Shown: positions 19,285-27,151 of the stretch, in pieces | Numbering within the stretch: the first letter of the stretch is position 1 | How the letters are laid out: each line of letters begins with the position of its first letter | Assembly: GCA_021199855.1 (NCBI GenBank) | Contig: JAJQHD010000009.1 | Location: 4,287 to 68,286 of the forward strand | Reading direction: 5' to 3' | Length of the DNA stretch: 64,000 bases | Origin: Oscillospiraceae bacterium | GTDB taxonomy: Bacteria; Bacillota; Clostridia; Oscillospirales; Ruminococcaceae | The notes under the pieces: generated by a model | The model's input: only the letters and a program-made list of their open reading frames with translations | Database searches by the model: none | Told to the model about the DNA's origin: nothing | Made by a program: the position numbers and the translations under genes

Positions 19285-19313
19285 ATTATATACCCTACTG
19301 GGGTATTTGTCAA
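19285..19313 (-). promoter_or_regulatory. csoR-copA promoter with embedded CsoR operator 2
   Basis: On the minus strand, TTGACA (19313-19308), a 17-nt spacer, then TATAAT (19290-19285). The spacer holds ATACCC-TACTG-GGGTAT (19290-19306). Confidence 0.75.
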
Positions 19314-19339
19314 GAGCTTTCAGAAATTTTTTACGGGAC

Positions 19340-19368
19340 TTGACAAAGTCGTACCATGGTATTATAAT
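19340..19368 (+). promoter_or_regulatory. promoter of the DUF3990/HTH gene pair
   Basis: TTGACA (19340-19345), a 17-nt spacer, then TATAAT (19363-19368). Confidence 0.6.
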
Positions 19369-19412
19369 AAATATGTATGTAATACTTCAGTATGACTTAT
19401 GGAGGCGATGGC

Positions 19413-20114
19413 ATGTACAAAGACCTGAAAATCTATCATGGTTCACAGCAGATTGTGGAAATTCCCCGGTTCGGAGTTGGGAAGGAGTATAACGACTACG
19501 GGCAGGGCTTCTATTGCACCGAAAGCATTGAACTTGCCCGTGAATGGGCTTGCCCGATAAAAAACGACGGCTATCTGAATAAGTATGCCCTGCACCTTGA
19601 CGGATTAAACGTCATGCATCTGACACGTGGCGAGTTCAACATTCTGAATTGGCTTGCCATTCTTCTGACGCACAGAAAGTTTGATATCACGTCGGCAGTA
19701 GGCAGTAATGCAAGGGATTTCATAATCGACCGGTTCACGCCGGACACCGACGGTGTCGACATCATGATTGGCTACCGTGCGGATGATTCTTATTTCTCGT
19801 TCGCCGAGGACTTTGTCAACAACACTATTTCCCTTCGTGATTTGAACCTCGCCATGCAACTCGGGACTCTCGGCGAGCAGGTGGTCCTTCTCTCTGAAAA
19901 ATCTTTCGGGAGAATCGAATTTCTGGGCTATGAAACGGTCGATTATCGTGAATACTATATAAAAAGAACCCGTCGTGACCGGGATGCAAGAGAAGCGTAT
20001 GCGAGCCGAAAAAAGACTCTACAGCAACTGAAGGATGATATTTTCATTCTGGATATTATGAGGGAGGACATGAGACCCGATGACCCACGCTTACAGTCAG
20101 TTATATCTCGCTAA
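19413..20114 (+). CDS. DUF3990-family protein
   Basis: MYKDLKIYHGSQQ...NDYGQGFYCTESIELAREWA matches my memory of the DUF3990 N-terminal signature (YHGS ... G.GFY.T ... A..WA). GGAGG lies 7 nt upstream of the ATG at 19413. Confidence 0.7.
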   Translation: MYKDLKIYHGSQQIVEIPRFGVGKEYNDYGQGFYCTESIELAREWACPIKNDGYLNKYALHLDGLNVMHLTRGEFNILNWLAILLTHRKFDITSAVGSNARDFIIDRFTPDTDGVDIMIGYRADDSYFSFAEDFVNNTISLRDLNLAMQLGTLGEQVVLLSEKSFGRIEFLGYETVDYREYYIKRTRRDRDAREAYASRKKTLQQLKDDIFILDIMREDMRPDDPRLQSVISR

Positions 20115-20709
20115 AGCAGCTACGGCAGTCGGAAATATGCTTCACGATGCTGTTTATGAATTCGGCATCGACGGAGGAGACTTTCTCGGGCGCTTTATTC
20201 AGTCTGGCATTGCCCATGAGATTGAGTCGGGCAACCCGAAATATATTGCCGGAAAAAGCGGCTTGGAGCTTTGTCTTGAAGTTATCGAGAAGACTTCCGG
20301 AATGAGCCCGAAAGTCGGGCTGATTGAGAGTTACGACCGCAGTCCTGAGTACTGGGTCGGCTGGATGATTACGCATTATCAGTGGTATTCCGGGCGGAGC
20401 TTCCGCAGTATTCTGGACGCCATTTCATATAGTGAACTTCTGGGACTCTACCCGATCCTCCATGAAGCGGCGATTGAAAAGAGCTATGAAGTCCTCGACA
20501 TGAGTTTTAGAACAGAAGGAAGCAACCTTAAAACAATCCGCAAGCGTGCCGGGCTGACTCAAAAAGAGCTTTCCGAGGTATCGCAAGTTTCCATCAACAC
20601 CATCCGGGCGTATGAGCAGGGGAGCAAGGATATCTCAAAAGCGCAGTCGGATATAGTGACAAGGCTGGCTGGTGCCCTCGGGTGCGACGTCGAAGAGCTT
20701 GGCAATTAA
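20080..20709 (+). CDS. two-domain protein: uncharacterised N-terminal domain plus C-terminal XRE-type HTH
   Basis: C-terminal LKTIRKRAGLTQKELSEVSQVSINTIRAYEQG is a clear HTH_XRE. Overlaps the DUF3990 gene by 35 nt, and AGGGAGG lies upstream. Confidence 0.75.
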   Translation: MTHAYSQLYLAKAATAVGNMLHDAVYEFGIDGGDFLGRFIQSGIAHEIESGNPKYIAGKSGLELCLEVIEKTSGMSPKVGLIESYDRSPEYWVGWMITHYQWYSGRSFRSILDAISYSELLGLYPILHEAAIEKSYEVLDMSFRTEGSNLKTIRKRAGLTQKELSEVSQVSINTIRAYEQGSKDISKAQSDIVTRLAGALGCDVEELGN

Positions 20710-20743
20710 AACCCAGTTCAGATTTATTTTTTTCATAAGAAAA

Positions 20744-20765
20744 CCGCCCACACAGGGCGGCTTTT
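20744..20765. terminator. bidirectional terminator
   Basis: CCGCCC-ACACA-GGGCGG flanked by an A-run and a T-run, between convergent genes. Confidence 0.7.
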
Positions 20766-20772
20766 CATCCTA

Positions 20773-21564
20773 TCATTTCTGCTTCTTTTTGACCTTCTCC
20801 AGGATTTCCATCCGCTTCTCTTCCAGCTCCTCGACGTACTCCTTCAAGACCTCATTAAGCGGCTTGTCGGTGGCGAATGGGTGGACAAACTGGTAGCGGC
20901 GCTTGCGGGTCTGTTTGCCTTTGGCACGCGCGAGAATCTCCTCGTTGCGAGTCCTGATTTGCGCTTTGATGTTTTCGTACTTCAGGACGACTTCGTTCTC
21001 CTCTGCGAAGCGCTTGAGCTTGACTAAAAGCTGTGCCGAGTTCGCCATGTCCACGATGAACACGCCGAAGAACAGCCCGATGAAGAAGGAGAACGCCAGA
21101 TTCCGGCTGAGCCACGTCAGTGATTCCTTTATGTACGGGTGGATGAAGAAGCAGTAGACTCCTCCTAAGATAGCCCAGAAGAGTGAGAATTTCGGGCAGA
21201 TGATGCCCATGATGTTGCCCTTTTCCTCTGTGTAGTCCCAGAGCCGGACCTTGCTCACCTTCAGCGAGATGAATCCCGCAATGAACTCGATAACCGTCAT
21301 CATTACAGCCATCAGGACGAAAAGAATAATCTTGTTGACGACATCACTCTCGAACGGCAGGTAGTTCTCCAAAGACGCTAAGAGATAGAGCGCGCAGAGC
21401 CCTGTTCCATAAAGCGGCAGATATGGACCCGTGCAGAAGCCAGGGTTTATCCACTTGCGTTCGGGATTGGCTTTCGAGAAAAATCTTCTGAAGAATAGCT
21501 CCATAATCCAGCCTAAAATCGAGCCGATAAAGAACAGATACGCTAAAATCAATGGCAGATTCAT
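20773..21564 (-). CDS. polytopic membrane protein, PF06541-like (so-called putative ABC-transporter type IV) with a basic coiled C-terminal tail
   Basis: GSILGWIMELFFRRFF ... RLWDYT motifs. Start moved to MNLPLILAY (ATG 21564), with GGGAG 7 nt upstream. Confidence 0.7.
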   Translation of the reverse strand: MNLPLILAYLFFIGSILGWIMELFFRRFFSKANPERKWINPGFCTGPYLPLYGTGLCALYLLASLENYLPFESDVVNKIILFVLMAVMMTVIEFIAGFISLKVSKVRLWDYTEEKGNIMGIICPKFSLFWAILGGVYCFFIHPYIKESLTWLSRNLAFSFFIGLFFGVFIVDMANSAQLLVKLKRFAEENEVVLKYENIKAQIRTRNEEILARAKGKQTRKRRYQFVHPFATDKPLNEVLKEYVEELEEKRMEILEKVKKKQK

Positions 21565-21598
21565 ATTTAACTCCCAACTGTTGCAAAGACGCATTTAT

Positions 21599-21646
21599 GG
21601 CTCCCCTTACTAAGGGGAGCTGGCGCACGAAGTGCGACTGAGAGGT
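21599..21646 (+). repeat. hairpin repeat unit (family A, single unit)
   Basis: GGCTCCCCTTACTAAGGGGAGC TGGCGCACGAAGTGCGAC TGAGAGGT, between the nitroreductase stop and the next gene start. Confidence 0.85.
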
Positions 21647-21657
21647 TCTCCCTCAGT

Positions 21658-22182
21658 TCAGACTTTTATAATATAGTTCTCTTTCCTCTCCGCCGCTTCT
21701 CTTACTCCGCCTTCGTCGCCGTAGCCTAAGATTACGTTTCCGACACCGACATAGTCGCCTTCGATGCCCCATTTTTTAAGAAGAGCCTTGCCTTCATCCA
21801 TCTCAAAGACCTCACGAGCCCTGTAGATGTAGCAGGAATCGACTCCGACAGCATGTGCGGCGTTCAATAGATTTGCGATAACCATGTTTCCGTCGTCACG
21901 ACCAGTAGGGAAGCTTGCGGGAACTAAGACCACGACAACCGTCGGTGCGCCGTAGAACGGGTCGATGCCTTCTCTTCCCATAACCTTGGCGTTGAGGCGG
22001 GAGAGCTCATCACGGTCGGCTTTGTTCTGAATTGCGACGATTACCGGGCTCTGCTTGCCCATTCCGGTGGGCGCATAGGTGCCTGCTTCAAGGATTTCGT
22101 CGAGCTCGCAGTCCTTAATCTGCTCCTCGCGATACTTCCTGCAACTTCTTCTGGTTTTAAGGTCTTGCAATGTTTCTCTCAT
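21658..22182 (-). CDS. nitroreductase-family protein
   Basis: TRRSCRKYREEQI...ILEAGTYAPTGMGKQS is the typical nitroreductase N-terminus. 174 aa. Confidence 0.85.
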   Translation of the reverse strand: MRETLQDLKTRRSCRKYREEQIKDCELDEILEAGTYAPTGMGKQSPVIVAIQNKADRDELSRLNAKVMGREGIDPFYGAPTVVVVLVPASFPTGRDDGNMVIANLLNAAHAVGVDSCYIYRAREVFEMDEGKALLKKWGIEGDYVGVGNVILGYGDEGGVREAAERKENYIIKV

Positions 22183-22230
22183 GATTGTTTCCTCCGTTTG
22201 TATTAAAGTTATTTGTCTTATGCAATGGCA

Positions 22231-23952
22231 TCAGAACATTGAAATAAGTGCCGCACTGTTAATCATAAGAAGCTGGAAGAGAACTGCCGTCAGAATTGCG
22301 GCGATAAGGCGGTTGCCGGTGCGGTGCCGGACGAATGTGCCAATCGGGATGCAGAGGATGTACATAAGAAGTACGTTCACAATCTGCCCGATGAGCCCGG
22401 AGTAGCTCTTGATGATAAGGTAGAACCCGACGAACAGGAACAGCGGAATGTACTGAATCAGGCTATAGAGGAATCTCGTGCCTCTGCTTGCGCCCACATT
22501 TTCGAGCATGTCCTGCTCTGCTCCGGAGACATAGTAACCGACAGCCATCAGTGCGCCGTTGAATATCAGCCAGAAGAGTCTCCAGTTAAGCGGCATCAGC
22601 CGATACATCGAAGCTCTCAGAACGTACCATGCGAATATGCACAGAAGAGCAACGATTCCGAAGCAATATAGATTCTCTTTCCAGTCGGATTTTGTCTTGA
22701 AAGTCGGCTTTGGGAGCGAGCCTACGGTTCCCTTAAACGTGCCCTTACGATATGCAATCAGCATCACAAGACCATAGCCGGCGATGAAGCACATGTAGGG
22801 AATGTTCATAATCGGGCTTCCGAACGGCATCACGACGCAAATGCAACAGATGACGAACGCCATCAGAATTCCCGGAATCCACATGATGAGCTTTCTTGTG
22901 AGGAACGACTTTGAATTTTCGAGCACAGGCAGACTCTCGCCCTCGGTGGAGATTTTATTTCCCATATTGAGTCCGTAAAGAAGAGTGAAGACGCCTATCA
23001 AAGCACTGAACCAGCCGACATAAACGAGATGCATGAGTCCCGAATTGAAGCTCGATTCGGTGCCGGTGATGTCAGTAACCGCTTCGTTCACATAGTCAGC
23101 AAACTTGGCAGAGTACATCTGATAGGAGTGGAGAACGCCGGAAGTCACGCCGACAGTGATTTTGCTTCCGTAGCTGTTTAACTGAGTCGCCGACCAGGTT
23201 CCGCTTTCGGGGACACCGGTGCCGCCCAGGTGCTCATAAATCGCCAGAATATCTTTATCTGAGACTATATCGTCGGCTGTAGAACCGTAGATATAGACGT
23301 TGGTGCCGGCAATGAAGCTCTCGTTATAGTAGGACCACGGCTCCTCCTCGGCGTCAGTGGTTCCGGCGAATAGGCTCGCCTGAGCGTTCGCATAGTAGTT
23401 GACCTCGGGTGCAATCAGAATCACGTTCTCGATGTTGCGCTTGGTAACAGTCGTGACGGCGTCGGGGTTGTTATAGTCCTGAAGAAGCCGGAGTATTGAC
23501 CGTCCGCCCATAGAATGACCGACCAGGATTATGTGGTCGTAGTCGATGCCGGTTCTGTCGTGCAGAACTTCGATAGCATCGGCGATTTCGACGGCGATGT
23601 CGTCGGTCTTTGCATTGTCAAAGCCGATGGTGCCGTAGGAGCCGCCCTGACCTGAATAGTCGAAGCTCATGACCGTCATTCCGTTTGAAGTGAACAGGTT
23701 TGCAATCGGGCGCCACTTCTGTCTGTCGCAGGAGTAGCCGGGGCAGATGAGAACGGCGTACTCGGCGTCTTCATCCTCCCAGATGGTGGCTTTCAGGGTA
23801 ACTTCTTCCCCCTGATAGGTGGATTTGAAGGAAAATGCCTTTCCGCCGACCGTGCTTGAATTAAGAACCGCAAAGCTGATGATGCTTACTAAAATAGCCA
23901 CAATGCCTATGCCGATTAAAACTCTTTTGATTATTACCTGCTTGTCTGTCAT
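22231..23952 (-). CDS. membrane-anchored alpha/beta hydrolase fused to a C-terminal polytopic membrane domain
   Basis: N-terminal TM helix, a hydrolase core with GHSMGG, then about 250 aa with roughly 7-8 hydrophobic helices. Confidence 0.7.
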   Translation of the reverse strand: MTDKQVIIKRVLIGIGIVAILVSIISFAVLNSSTVGGKAFSFKSTYQGEEVTLKATIWEDEDAEYAVLICPGYSCDRQKWRPIANLFTSNGMTVMSFDYSGQGGSYGTIGFDNAKTDDIAVEIADAIEVLHDRTGIDYDHIILVGHSMGGRSILRLLQDYNNPDAVTTVTKRNIENVILIAPEVNYYANAQASLFAGTTDAEEEPWSYYNESFIAGTNVYIYGSTADDIVSDKDILAIYEHLGGTGVPESGTWSATQLNSYGSKITVGVTSGVLHSYQMYSAKFADYVNEAVTDITGTESSFNSGLMHLVYVGWFSALIGVFTLLYGLNMGNKISTEGESLPVLENSKSFLTRKLIMWIPGILMAFVICCICVVMPFGSPIMNIPYMCFIAGYGLVMLIAYRKGTFKGTVGSLPKPTFKTKSDWKENLYCFGIVALLCIFAWYVLRASMYRLMPLNWRLFWLIFNGALMAVGYYVSGAEQDMLENVGASRGTRFLYSLIQYIPLFLFVGFYLIIKSYSGLIGQIVNVLLMYILCIPIGTFVRHRTGNRLIAAILTAVLFQLLMINSAALISMF

Positions 23953-23961
23953 ATCTGTCCC

Positions 23962-24441
23962 TCAATCTGTCAATTTATTTTTTAAAGAGCGTTCCCATGC
24001 GAGTTCTATAACTCCGGCAGAGAGCATAAGCCCATTTAAATCTTCTTCCGAAAACCGCCTGACTGTCGGGCTGTCTATGTCCAGAACTCCGACAATTTTG
24101 CCGCCCACATGAAGTGGAATCACAATCTCGGAGTTTGAAGCCGAGTCGCAGGCAATGTGCCCCGGAAATTTATGCACATCAGGGACCAACTGTGCCTCAT
24201 CTTTCAGAACCGCCGTCCCGCAGACTCCTTTTCCGACCGGAATCCGGATGCAGGCAGGCTTCCCCTGAAACGGGTGCAATACCAAAGTATCGCCTTTAAG
24301 TGCATAGAACCCAGCCCAGTTTATGTCGTCTAAGCTTTGATATATCGCCGCACTGGCATTGGACAGGTTCGCAATCAGGTTTGTTTCGCCGCTCATAAGG
24401 GCTTCAAGCTCACGGGCGAGCATTTCATATTTTCCCATCAT
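23962..24441 (-). CDS. GAF-domain protein (free Met-R-sulfoxide reductase / YebR-like)
   Basis: LIANLSNASAAIYQSL..INWAGFY....LVLHPFQGKPACIRIPVGKGVCG matches the small stand-alone GAF family. Start is probably the ATG at 24441 or 24438. Confidence 0.8.
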   Translation of the reverse strand: MMGKYEMLARELEALMSGETNLIANLSNASAAIYQSLDDINWAGFYALKGDTLVLHPFQGKPACIRIPVGKGVCGTAVLKDEAQLVPDVHKFPGHIACDSASNSEIVIPLHVGGKIVGVLDIDSPTVRRFSEEDLNGLMLSAGVIELAWERSLKNKLTD

Positions 24442-24442
24442 A

Positions 24443-25051
24443 TCACCCCAGCATCGCAATAATCTCATCCGGCGTGACGGTGTAGCCGTCGATGGTCGTG
24501 ATAATTATGAAGCACATATAGTCGTCGATTCTTCTTACTAAGAATGCCTGAGTCATATCGTAGCCGCTTTCTTCGATCGAACCGACTGCTTTATAGTAGG
24601 TGTTGCCGCCTATTTCGACTGTGGTGATATCTCCGAAGGTATAGCCGGAAGCGGTGCACTGTTCGACGAGAGCTTCTGCATAATCCTCAGCTGAATAGCT
24701 CGTTCCGTCGGTCGAAAGAGTAAGGTTTTCAAATCCTATGATGATATTCGCGCCGACTTCGTCCATAGCCATAGTTGTGTAGAGTGTCTGAACCCGGGAG
24801 AGAATATTCTGCCGCTTTGATTCGGTGTCAACAGAATCCTCCGATACGTCCATCATCTCCAAAAGCTCCGAATCGCCATAAAAAGTCCAGTCTGAGCCAG
24901 GGGAGAAGGTCAGGTCAGCATACTCGTTAACGTAAACCCCGTCCGTAACCGAACCCATAACGGTATTCATGTCGAGCTCCTTGGATCCGCAACCAGTCAG
25001 CAGATTAAGAGCCATAGCAAGACAGATGACGACTGCAAAAAATCTCTTCAT
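24443..25051 (-). CDS. lipoprotein of unknown function
   Basis: Start moved to MKRFFAVVICLAMALNLLTGCGS (lipobox LTGC). The ORF-track 5' extension runs into the repeat element. Confidence 0.7.
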   Translation of the reverse strand: MKRFFAVVICLAMALNLLTGCGSKELDMNTVMGSVTDGVYVNEYADLTFSPGSDWTFYGDSELLEMMDVSEDSVDTESKRQNILSRVQTLYTTMAMDEVGANIIIGFENLTLSTDGTSYSAEDYAEALVEQCTASGYTFGDITTVEIGGNTYYKAVGSIEESGYDMTQAFLVRRIDDYMCFIIITTIDGYTVTPDEIIAMLG

Positions 25052-25142
25052 AATAGAAGTTCCTTTCAAAAAAGTGCTACTATAATAGTAGCAGAAATCG
25101 AAGGAAAAATCAAGATACAGAATGAGGGATAGTGGGGAATTT

Positions 25143-25397
25143 GTCGGCACTGCCGACGATGTCGCCGCCGAAGGCGACGACGCCGCTCCCTGCGGTCGCG
25201 GCACCTCTCAGTCGCCTTCGGCGCCAGCTCCCCTTAAAAAGGGGAGCCAGTAGTTTTCTTCCGAAAGCTTCTGCTATAGCGCAAAGTTATCCAGGGCGCA
25301 AAAAGGCTCCCCTTATCAAGGGGAGCTGGCAGCCCGCAGGGCTGACTGAGAGGTGTGCCGACCAACGGGAGGCACCGACTTGGCGCTAGCCAAGTCG
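25143..25397. repeat. composite hairpin repeat (family A, inverted double unit plus accessory hairpins)
   Basis: GTCGGCACTGCCGAC, GTCGCCGCCGAAGGCGAC, CACCTCTCAGTC..AGCTCCCCTTAAAAAGGGGAGCC, a 55-nt core, GGCTCCCCTTATCAAGGGGAGC..GCTGACTGAGAGGTG, GTGCCGACCAACGGGAGGCAC, GACTTGGCGCTAGCCAAGTC. Confidence 0.85.
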
Positions 25398-26405
25398 TTA
25401 TGGGATTTCAATAACTTCCTCCCCAACCCTAATTGCCACCACTTCATCCAAATCGATTGGCACTTCCCAGAAGCAATAGCAGTCGACAATGCCGGTGGAG
25501 CCGGAGCTGGATGTGGAGTTGACTTGCATCTCGGTTCCGTCTTCCATTACGGCGTAAATCTTCATGTGGTTGTAGCGGATGATTCTTGGGACATCGTCCG
25601 ATTCGCTGTCATAGGTGGCGACGATTCCGAACTCCGTGACGGTAAATTGGGTTACACCTGTCCACGGCAGGTTTTCCGTAATGTCGATTGTCTTCGTTTC
25701 GGTTCTTTCGAGTGTGAATTCAAAGCTCCATTCGCTGTTACCGGAGTACCAGATTGGAGAGCCGTCTTCGTTTGAATATATGAGAGCATTGAGATTTCCG
25801 AGATGGATGCTCACATCAAGCGGTTCATCGCTGTCAATGTTCGTGAGGTTGATTTTGTCGAGAAAGTACGCTTTCCCGTTTTCGTCAACGGCAATTCTGC
25901 CCATACCGCCGCCTTTGCGATTTGAGTTGACATAAACCTCCCAGATTCCGAACGAGCTTGTGCCGGTGGTTGTGAACTTGCCGCTGTCACATTCCGCAGT
26001 AATCATAACGTACGCAACATCGTCGCCGACCGTCGCCGAGTCTATACTCACGGTGACACCGTCCGAGGTTTCACTCAGCCCGATATACTGGCTCAGGCTT
26101 GCAATCGTTTCATAGTGCTCGTCGCTCATCTCTTCGCCGGTGACCTCTTCCCATCGGGTCTTGAACCAGCCGTCGATGCTGTCGCTGGCGGCGACGAAGC
26201 CTGCACCCATCAGCATGACTACCGCCACTACAGCCGCAAGTATAACCGGGTACTTTCTCAATCTCTTTTTGAAAACCGCATTTTCTCTCCCGAGCTTCGT
26301 ATTTGTGAGTGCACAGACCCGGTCGTCGCTCGATGTTGGAACATCTTTAAGCTTTATATTTTCGTCACTGTAGCAGTCGAAAACGTCTTTAAGATTCACA
26401 TTCAT
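25398..26405 (-). CDS. anti-sigma factor-like single-pass membrane protein (DUF4179-like)
   Basis: Start overlaps the sigma gene stop by 4 nt. Short cytoplasmic N-terminus, TM helix (YPVILAAVVAVVMLMGAGFVAA), beta-rich ectodomain. Paralog of 27152..28621. Confidence 0.7.
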   Translation of the reverse strand: MNVNLKDVFDCYSDENIKLKDVPTSSDDRVCALTNTKLGRENAVFKKRLRKYPVILAAVVAVVMLMGAGFVAASDSIDGWFKTRWEEVTGEEMSDEHYETIASLSQYIGLSETSDGVTVSIDSATVGDDVAYVMITAECDSGKFTTTGTSSFGIWEVYVNSNRKGGGMGRIAVDENGKAYFLDKINLTNIDSDEPLDVSIHLGNLNALIYSNEDGSPIWYSGNSEWSFEFTLERTETKTIDITENLPWTGVTQFTVTEFGIVATYDSESDDVPRIIRYNHMKIYAVMEDGTEMQVNSTSSSGSTGIVDCYCFWEVPIDLDEVVAIRVGEEVIEIP

Positions 26406-26962
26406 TTTGAAAACCCTTCGTTCATAAGAATTTCTTTGAGACTGTCCCGCCCACGTCGGAGCCTTGACTTGACCGTTTCAACATTCGTCCCGGTCTCCTC
26501 GGAGATTTTCGCCACCGTCTGGTTGTAGAAGTAGTACCTGACGACCGTCTCCCGTTCGTGCCTTTTGAGTCTCCCAAGTGCGAGCCGGAGCTCTTTTGCC
26601 TGTTCCTCTTTTTCAAGACTGAGAAATTGCTCCGGAATCACGACGAAGTCTTCCAAATCTTCTTCAATCTTATCGTCAAGACTTTCGGTCTGAAGCCTCT
26701 GAGCCCGTATGTAGTTTTTCGCCTTGTTGCGGGCAACGGTGCCGAGCCAGCCTTTCAGGTGAGAAGTGGTGAGCTTATCCCGGTTCCGCCAGAGTTCAAA
26801 GAACACATCCGATGCGAGCTCTTCAATCACTGCGGTATTACTGAAATCCCGAAGTTGATTCGCCACGACAGTGGAGACATATCGGTTGTACTTAAAAATA
26901 ATCTCGCTGAGAACATCCTCATCCCCCAGCCTCAGCCGCTTGACAAGCCTAGAATCGTCCAT
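26402..26962 (-). CDS. ECF-type sigma-70 family factor (pair 1)
   Basis: Region 2 (VSTVVANQLRDF...ASDVFFELWRN) and region 4 HTH (YYFYNQTVAKISEETGTNVETVKSRLRRGR). Confidence 0.9.
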   Translation of the reverse strand: MDDSRLVKRLRLGDEDVLSEIIFKYNRYVSTVVANQLRDFSNTAVIEELASDVFFELWRNRDKLTTSHLKGWLGTVARNKAKNYIRAQRLQTESLDDKIEEDLEDFVVIPEQFLSLEKEEQAKELRLALGRLKRHERETVVRYYFYNQTVAKISEETGTNVETVKSRLRRGRDSLKEILMNEGFSK

Positions 26963-27076
26963 CACTCACCCTCGCTTTCTTTTTAGGTTCATTATAATAG
27001 ACACGGGAATTTGCACTTTGGGTGCAAAAATCTGATTTTATTTTAGCAGATTTGAAGAGGGAAGTCCACAAAAAAA

Positions 27077-27104
27077 GTAGGGGCGGATATTATCCGCCCG
27101 CTAC
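27077..27104 (-). terminator. family B hairpin (GGGCGGATATTATCCGCCC) acting as terminator of the sigma/anti-sigma pair 2 operon
   Basis: GTAGGGGCGGATATTATCCGCCCGCTAC. On the minus strand the hairpin is followed by TTTTTTT. Confidence 0.7.
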
Positions 27105-27123
27105 CCAAAGTCGTCTGTTTTTT

Positions 27124-27147
27124 CGGGCGGATATTATCCGCCCCTAC
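27124..27147. repeat. family B hairpin copy
   Basis: CGGGCGGATATTATCCGCCCCTAC, 4 nt downstream of the anti-sigma 2 stop. Near-identical to 49081-49104. Confidence 0.8.
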
Positions 27148-27151
27148 ATGA

